A stretch of 64,000 nt of DNA, from the IMG/VR virus record IMGVR_UViG_3300030376_007346; one strand, given 5' to 3'. The notes under the pieces are model-generated. The model made no database searches. It was not told the origin of the DNA and saw only the letters and a list, made by a program, of their open reading frames with translations. The position numbers and the translations under genes were made by a program. Below, in pieces: positions 57,820 through 64,000 of the stretch (position 1 is its first letter; each line of letters begins with the position of its first letter). The stretch comes from an uncultured virus (IMG/VR IMGVR_UViG_3300030376_007346). Its lineage: Duplodnaviria > Heunggongvirae > Uroviricota > Caudoviricetes.

Positions 57820-58536
57820 TTAAAATTTGTATTGTAATTGGTCTATTTCGTCACCATGAATTTCTTGTATTATCGATTTTAATTCCGCTGTATATTTTGT
57901 ACGGTAATTTTCTGTGCCATTACCCCTTAAAAGTAATCTACCATCCCTATCTTGCCTATATTTGAGCACATTAGGTCCTTTATGTGGTAAGTCACCTAAA
58001 GAGAATTTATTTTTTAAATGTGACCAAGACTCATTTAAATTTTCATACCTCATAATATAATCTAATTCCCCCAAATCACTAAACCAATAGTCTAACTTTA
58101 CAAAATGTTGTATGTGTGAAATTCTAACATTATTCATATACAACCATGGTTTATATTCTTCTTCTCCAGTATTTTTAGAGTCATTAAATGTATATTCTTG
58201 TGGGTTAGTATGGTAATTTTTTAAATGACGCACATATTCCTCGAAAGACATTTTAACCCCACCATCTGGTTTGATATGATGTAGATATGATGACCAAAAT
58301 CTGTCATAGGTGTTACGAACTACTGTAAATTTAAAATAGTCTTCAGGTTTACCATTTTCTGAATTTATAATATATGAAAGATTTTTATGTCTATACTTAG
58401 TAAATAATTTAATTTTTGATGTTTCTTCGGACATCGTAGTGTCCACGTTTGCTCCCAGAGCAGACTCTATAGAAGTACCAGCGGTTTTTGGCATATGGAC
58501 AAAAATTATATTTTCCTCTTTTCTTTTTACTAACAT
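57820..58536 (-). CDS. Sulfotransferase family 2 protein
   Basis: FVHMPKTAGTS PAPS loop, VRNTYDRFWSSY. Confidence 0.88.
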   Translation of the reverse strand: MLVKRKEENIIFVHMPKTAGTSIESALGANVDTTMSEETSKIKLFTKYRHKNLSYIINSENGKPEDYFKFTVVRNTYDRFWSSYLHHIKPDGGVKMSFEEYVRHLKNYHTNPQEYTFNDSKNTGEEEYKPWLYMNNVRISHIQHFVKLDYWFSDLGELDYIMRYENLNESWSHLKNKFSLGDLPHKGPNVLKYRQDRDGRLLLRGNGTENYRTKYTAELKSIIQEIHGDEIDQLQYKF

Positions 58537-58537
58537 T

Positions 58538-59374
58538 TTAAATTAATTTATAGAGTTTGTAGTCGTTGTTACCACCAGTTTTATATAGAGTTTTCCAGAA
58601 TACATCCCTAAAATAATCAGTTTTTAGTTTATACTCCACTATAAAGTCCTTGGAATGAATTATTTTTTTATTTTTTTTACCACACATAGCAGCAGTTATA
58701 CAGAATGTAGAAGGGCTGGATATGATATAATCACACTGAGACAATCCAAAAAAATCTCCTTGTCCCCAATTAGAAGGGTTAAACCTATCAGTAATTTCAC
58801 CAAGACTATATTCGATTTTGTTATCATCCAACCATTTAACAACACTTTTAAATGAGTCTAAGCTAATGTCGTCATAATATAAGGTTAACTCAAAATTTTC
58901 TTTAACTTCTTCGATAACGAACTTTATAGCGTTAATATAGTAGGAAGCATCCAGTAAACACTTAGGGTCCCATATTCTAAAATCTTTACCCCTAAAATGT
59001 ACACCAACATTAATCTTATCTGAATCGATATTAGGTTTAATCTGACTAAAAAGGTCAAATGTAGAAACTTCGTTAAATTTAAAAAATAACTCAAATAATG
59101 TCGCACTTTCTAATTTATAATTTAAATTAGGGTGTAAAGTTATATTTTCTTTAGGGGTATCTAATAATTCTTGTGGTGTTAAGTTGTGATGTATAGTCAT
59201 TTCAGGTAATTGTGGTACCATACCTTTAATTTCTTTAAAAATATCTAACCCTGTAAAATCGGTAAAATGGACTTGGTGACCTGAAAAGTGGGATAATTGC
59301 AAAACATTATTAAGTAATAGTAATCTATTACCGAAACCAGCACCTGCCCATCCTCCAGTATCCGCAACTATCAC
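58538..59374 (-). CDS. GT11-like alpha-1,2-fucosyltransferase
   Basis: GFGNRL, GVHFRGKDF, YY..AI, SPSTF. Confidence 0.75.
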   Translation of the reverse strand: MIVADTGGWAGAGFGNRLLLLNNVLQLSHFSGHQVHFTDFTGLDIFKEIKGMVPQLPEMTIHHNLTPQELLDTPKENITLHPNLNYKLESATLFELFFKFNEVSTFDLFSQIKPNIDSDKINVGVHFRGKDFRIWDPKCLLDASYYINAIKFVIEEVKENFELTLYYDDISLDSFKSVVKWLDDNKIEYSLGEITDRFNPSNWGQGDFFGLSQCDYIISSPSTFCITAAMCGKKNKKIIHSKDFIVEYKLKTDYFRDVFWKTLYKTGGNNDYKLYKLI

Positions 59375-60057
59375 AATAAAGAAGTTTTTACATATAGAGC
59401 ATCACCCCAATGACCAGGTATCCTACCAGCACCAATCGGTGTGATGGTTTCATTGGCCCCATCCATCTGGTATTCGTGTGTTAAAGTACGAGTGAATCCT
59501 TTGTTCTTTAAATACTCATCCATTTCACCGATTAAATGACAACCTTCGTAGACATTAACCGTGTTAAATTCACTATATATAAAATCCATATGACTAATAT
59601 GGTCATTAAATGACATAATAGCATTTAAATCCGCACCTTGGATATCTACATTTAAAAAATTGTAGTCACCGACATTAATATTTTCTTCAGAAATTAAGGT
59701 ATCAAATCTCTTAGAAACTAATTTAAATTTATCTATGTAATGGACAGTTGGGAAAAATCTCTTATGTTCACCCAGTTCTAATAACGATGAAGATTGTCCA
59801 TTGTTACTAATCTTAAATTCCATTTCATTTTCACTATCATAAATAGCTTCGTTAAAAACTCTTATGTTGTTATCCTCACTAAACCTACTTGTTATTCCTT
59901 CAGCTAGAACTGGATTAGCCTCAACCCAAATCTGTTTATCCATACCAGCTTCTTTATACGCTTCATATTCCTCCGCTTCATGAGCTCCAATATGTATAAC
60001 CCCCTTCATAGGTATATTTGGGTAGGTCTCGACTATTTTTTTTACTTTTATAAACAT
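59371..60057 (-). CDS. FkbM-family methyltransferase
   Basis: IHIGAH, VEAN, NVDIQGA, WGDALY. Confidence 0.88.
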   Translation of the reverse strand: MFIKVKKIVETYPNIPMKGVIHIGAHEAEEYEAYKEAGMDKQIWVEANPVLAEGITSRFSEDNNIRVFNEAIYDSENEMEFKISNNGQSSSLLELGEHKRFFPTVHYIDKFKLVSKRFDTLISEENINVGDYNFLNVDIQGADLNAIMSFNDHISHMDFIYSEFNTVNVYEGCHLIGEMDEYLKNKGFTRTLTHEYQMDGANETITPIGAGRIPGHWGDALYVKTSLL

Positions 60058-60060
60058 TTT

Positions 60061-60696
60061 TTAAATTTTTTCTATTAATATTGATTTACCGAAAACATTG
60101 TTTTCTTCTTTTATTATTATGTGGTTGGTTAGTAGACTATTAAACTCTTGTAACCCTATATGTGAACGAACAGTGTCTAAATTCCCGTAGGTCTTATAGG
60201 TGTCTAAACGTGTAGACTCGTCAAAATACTGTCTATGTATTATAAGGTATCTACCCATATTTGTTAGTAACTTCTCTACAACCTCTAATGGGTTAGGTAA
60301 TTCCGAAATAAAACTATTACAAATAATTAAATCGAACTTTTGTAATATACTATAGTCTGATTTATTAGCGTCAAATTCTATGTAGTTAAGATTGGGATTT
60401 ACCACTTTAGCTACATTTTCTATGATATGAGGTAGGTCTAGTCCTGTGTAGTCACTTCCCGCGTACAATCTACCTACCTCTGCTGCTCCGCAACCAAGGT
60501 CCGCTATAGAGTTAACCGAAATTAACTGAACTAAACTATCTAACACACTAAAGTGTTCAGCTTCTTCTAATCTACCCCACCCAGGTAAGTTACCTAAAGC
60601 ACCATCAATCATTTGTTGAGGTAGAACAGTATTGTCATACCACGCAACCTCACTAGTTAAATCTTTTTCCATTTTTGTAAAGCAATTAAATTCCAT
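60061..60696 (-). CDS. Class I SAM-dependent methyltransferase
   Basis: IADLGCGAA, FDLII. Confidence 0.8.
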   Translation of the reverse strand: MEFNCFTKMEKDLTSEVAWYDNTVLPQQMIDGALGNLPGWGRLEEAEHFSVLDSLVQLISVNSIADLGCGAAEVGRLYAGSDYTGLDLPHIIENVAKVVNPNLNYIEFDANKSDYSILQKFDLIICNSFISELPNPLEVVEKLLTNMGRYLIIHRQYFDESTRLDTYKTYGNLDTVRSHIGLQEFNSLLTNHIIIKEENNVFGKSILIEKI

Positions 60697-60697
60697 T

Positions 60698-61642
60698 TTA
60701 TTTATATTCTATTATTTTTAAATCACCACCTATGTAAAAACATTCAGTAAGTTTTAATAATTTCTTCGTACCCCAAGGAGCATTATGTTCACACACACTC
60801 CTATCAAAGTTATCCTCCAAAATCTTTATGGTAGTTTTTTCACCAACCCTAAACTTCATATTTACCATTCTTCTTTCATAATAACACCACCTATCCCAAT
60901 TATTAACGATTTCTCCATCTATAGACAATAAACCGGTATATGGGCCTATAAACTGGGAAACCCCAATTATTTCACATGGGCCACCCAATACTAATCTATC
61001 ATATACTCTCATATTTAAATCCATTCTTTTCACACCACAATATTTATTTCGTGGTGGATACTCTAAAGGCATTTCTACTTTATTATATAGATTTTTAAAT
61101 TCTTCATTAATAAGTTTAGCATATTCTTCCGCACCAAAAGGTGTTGTGTGTATACCATCTCTTAATATTATATTTAAATCAGAAAAAGATTCTGATATAT
61201 CCAGGGTTGGGATATTTAATCCGTTTATATATTCATTGATTTTTTTATAAATCTCCTCCTTCTCAACAGGACTACCAGTTCTACCATCAATACTCTTATC
61301 GGGGAAAGTCAGAAAAACCAACTTTATTCCCTTACTTAAAAAACTATATATAATAGTATTGATATATTGTTTTATATCCTCAAAATCTTCCTCGATAGTC
61401 GTAACCTCATTTTTATCCTTACCATAAACAATGTATCCTGTACTAAACCAATCTATAAAACACCACTCAGGGTCAAATTTTATTACATCTTCTATATAAC
61501 ATATTCCCGCATCGTTTAAGTGCATTGAACCGTTACCAAAAGGTTTAACATCGAATTGCGGGTTTGAATTTGCAAAGTACTGCCAATATCCATTTTGTTG
61601 TTGAGTGACACTCGCACCAAAAAAAGCTATCTTATTTTTCAT
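60698..61642 (-). CDS. SGNH/GDSL-fold esterase or acyltransferase
   Basis: FFGASVT and DGIHT blocks. Confidence 0.75.
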   Translation of the reverse strand: MKNKIAFFGASVTQQQNGYWQYFANSNPQFDVKPFGNGSMHLNDAGICYIEDVIKFDPEWCFIDWFSTGYIVYGKDKNEVTTIEEDFEDIKQYINTIIYSFLSKGIKLVFLTFPDKSIDGRTGSPVEKEEIYKKINEYINGLNIPTLDISESFSDLNIILRDGIHTTPFGAEEYAKLINEEFKNLYNKVEMPLEYPPRNKYCGVKRMDLNMRVYDRLVLGGPCEIIGVSQFIGPYTGLLSIDGEIVNNWDRWCYYERRMVNMKFRVGEKTTIKILEDNFDRSVCEHNAPWGTKKLLKLTECFYIGGDLKIIEYK

Positions 61643-61655
61643 ATTTTTAATTTAA

Positions 61656-62477
61656 TTACCAATAACACCCACCTTCTACAATATTATGATTGTGTGGGGT
61701 TTCATTTTTTAGGGGCCTAACCCAGTTTTCGTTGTACATTTTTGACACATCTTCATGTGAATCCCACCTAGCACCTTTAATACCAAATAATAATTGTAGT
61801 CCACCCCCAACGTAAATTGCGGACCTATTTAAATTTTCTTTTATGTGAGCAACTAAAGGTAATCCATAGTGACCACAACTCAATAGAGCAATATCAAAGT
61901 CTAATTTAGAAATTTCATCTTTCATAACTTGTAGTGATTCAGCCCATGAACTATGAGGCCCACCATTACCACCTATAGATTGTACACATTGATATGGGAT
62001 AAGAGTAAATTCTGGTAATTCCTCACCACCCCATAATAACTCACGTTTTTTATATTGTGACATAATACTTTCCATGAAAGAACTCACAATTAAAACTTTT
62101 TTACCTTTTAATTTAGAACTCCACGGGACATCAAAATAAAAAGGTTCTATTGACCTATTACCAACTTTTATTGAGTCAGGGGAAAAAGAGTTAAGTAAGT
62201 TTTGTTGTGCTTCTTCTATAATATGAGAACCCACCCAAGACACATGTATATCTGCACACTTAATACCTTTTAAATAATTTTCATAAAAATTTTCGTATGA
62301 GTGACCATAATCCCCACCCTTCCTTAACAGATGCATATCATAATCACTAAATGAACCAGTTTTAAATCTATTATATACAATTCCACACTCACCGATACCT
62401 AATCTACTAACAGCGAAAACTCTATTCTCCTCTATATATCTACTAATTAATTTATTTCCCTCTTCGTTACTTAACAT
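61656..62477 (-). CDS. Glycan-cluster protein (GT-D/DUF1792-like)
   Basis: RLGIGE, FDIALLSCG.YG, YVGG.LQL.FGI; likely ATG at 62477. Confidence 0.6.
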   Translation of the reverse strand: MLSNEEGNKLISRYIEENRVFAVSRLGIGECGIVYNRFKTGSFSDYDMHLLRKGGDYGHSYENFYENYLKGIKCADIHVSWVGSHIIEEAQQNLLNSFSPDSIKVGNRSIEPFYFDVPWSSKLKGKKVLIVSSFMESIMSQYKKRELLWGGEELPEFTLIPYQCVQSIGGNGGPHSSWAESLQVMKDEISKLDFDIALLSCGHYGLPLVAHIKENLNRSAIYVGGGLQLLFGIKGARWDSHEDVSKMYNENWVRPLKNETPHNHNIVEGGCYW

Positions 62478-62481
62478 AGTA

Positions 62482-63267
62482 TTAGTCCTGGTTTTTTTTA
62501 TAAAAACGTTTATCCCCCGCCTGGTACCATTCATTTAGGTTGGATGGTACACGAGAGTGGTAACCTAGTATTTGCTGTAGTGGTTCACTAAACTCACCCA
62601 TTCTTTCATAACCTAAAGCACGAGGATAATCCATTAATTGTTTGTAGAAAGATTTGGTAAAAGTAATTGGGAGTGCCATTCTCCCTTTTTTTGATTTATT
62701 AAGTCCTGAAGCGTGAAATAAATTACCATTAAATAATAAAACGTCTCCTTTTTTCCCTAAAGTTTTTACAGCATTTGCGTGAAAAAATTCATCAGAAGGT
62801 GTAGACGAATCAAGATGTGAACCAGGTAATACTAAAGTAGACCCATTAGTTTCAGTAAAATCATCTAACATTACTAAAATATTTAAATATAATGGTATTT
62901 CACCACTATACGCTCTAACATCCCTATGAACAAGTTTAGAAAAATTTTGTTGTGTAGGTATGTTATTTAAAGCACTAAAAGAGTTTAATATAAAATTACT
63001 TTTAAAGAAATTTTTCTTTATCTCGTCTAATAATCCTGACTCCATTAAGTACTCTAAAAATTCTATGAACATATGGTTATCTAATAATACATTTAATGCA
63101 ACACCAGGTACCGTATTTTCATTGCCCAAATTAAGTTGTGTTTGATGGTGAGACTCGAATACTTCCGGTAAAACTTTTTTAATCTTAGCAACCCAAGACT
63201 CACTAATTTTATTTTCTAACACACAAAAACCATTATCCTTTAATTCTTTTATTTTTTCTTTATTCAT
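62482..63267 (-). CDS. Phytanoyl-CoA dioxygenase (PhyH) family Fe/2OG oxygenase
   Basis: HRD, LDDFT.TNG.T..LPGSH, FHASG.N...R. Confidence 0.88.
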   Translation of the reverse strand: MNKEKIKELKDNGFCVLENKISESWVAKIKKVLPEVFESHHQTQLNLGNENTVPGVALNVLLDNHMFIEFLEYLMESGLLDEIKKNFFKSNFILNSFSALNNIPTQQNFSKLVHRDVRAYSGEIPLYLNILVMLDDFTETNGSTLVLPGSHLDSSTPSDEFFHANAVKTLGKKGDVLLFNGNLFHASGLNKSKKGRMALPITFTKSFYKQLMDYPRALGYERMGEFSEPLQQILGYHSRVPSNLNEWYQAGDKRFYKKNQD

Positions 63268-63926
63268 ATTATTTTTTCGTTTTTTTGTCTTTCCCTAATT
63301 ATTTTAGTTGGGTTCCCATACGCGAGTACGTTAGATGGTAGTGATTTGGTGACCAGTGAAGCAGACCCCACCACAGTATTATCACCGATAGATAACCTAT
63401 CAAATATTGTTACATTCATAGTAATAGCTGAATACCTACCAACACTAACAAAACCACCTAAAACAGACCCAGCAGACACACTAGCAAAATCACCGATATT
63501 ACAATCGTGTTCAATCTGACACCCTGTGGCGTAAAAAGTAAAATTACCTATAAAAGCTCCCGGATTAAATATGACACCAGCCATAGCTATAACACCAACA
63601 CCAAGGGTAACATTACTTCCTATAATTACTGATGGATGTATAGCGTTAACCCATTTAAACGAAGGTACTAGGTCAGACACATAATCAAAAATATTTTTTC
63701 TAATCCAATTGTCCCCAATAGTTATTATGCCATTATTTACATTATATTTTTTAGTTATAACTTGTAAATCTTCTTTGCCCCCTAATATTGGAAATCCAAA
63801 AAGTTCATCACCCACTTTTATATTATCATCCACGATACCTAATATTTGATACTTGTTCTCTTTTTGAATGATATCTATAGAGTATTGAACATGGGTCCCC
63901 CCACCTATTAGGATTATCTTTTCCAT
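63264..63926 (-). CDS. NeuD/PglB-family sugar acetyltransferase
   Basis: IGGGTH, IGDN..R, IHPS, hexapeptide repeats, YGNP. Confidence 0.92.
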   Translation of the reverse strand: MEKIILIGGGTHVQYSIDIIQKENKYQILGIVDDNIKVGDELFGFPILGGKEDLQVITKKYNVNNGIITIGDNWIRKNIFDYVSDLVPSFKWVNAIHPSVIIGSNVTLGVGVIAMAGVIFNPGAFIGNFTFYATGCQIEHDCNIGDFASVSAGSVLGGFVSVGRYSAITMNVTIFDRLSIGDNTVVGSASLVTKSLPSNVLAYGNPTKIIRERQKNEKII

Positions 63927-64000
63927 CTATAATATTTTATCTTTATAAACTAAATTATTAATTTTTTTATGCCAACCAAGTAATGTTTGGTACCATTTTA

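Noticed and set aside
1..64000. Stop-codon reassignment as in some large phages
   Set aside because: Conserved genes are full length in the standard code, and TAG and TGA end some ORFs (capsid 42652; sigma-like 49640)

Overview
AT-rich segment of a large T4-like (probably jumbo) myophage genome using the standard genetic code. The host is most likely Bacteroidota, judged from TTTG-N19/20-TAnnTTTG promoters, an outer-membrane beta-barrel gene and A-rich translation starts. Layout: (1-19.4 kb) a very large Cys-rich repeat protein cut by the window edge, many hypothetical genes sharing two N-terminal leader motifs, and a duplicated convergent pair of [leader + OmpA-like protein] and [secreted CAP protein]. 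(19.4-29.3 kb) a proteostasis island: tmRNA with an unusual 22-aa tag, three metallopeptidases, ClpC lacking its N-domain, DnaK, glutaredoxin, KTSC and a nucleotidyltransferase. (29.3-43 kb) head module: terminase, portal, prohead protease, scaffold, major capsid and a holin-like gene. (43-50.3 kb) an unannotated 20-aa, 9-Cys metallothionein-like micro-ORF, tail/baseplate-like genes and a gp55-like sigma factor. (50.3-64 kb) PhoH and a ~14 kb glycan synthesis and decoration cluster. Best candidates for novelty are the mini-metallothionein, the OmpA-like/CAP pairs, the capsid-leader protein family with its TATTTAT late promoter, and the tmRNA/ClpC tagging module. Family calls come from motif recognition by eye; no searches were run.
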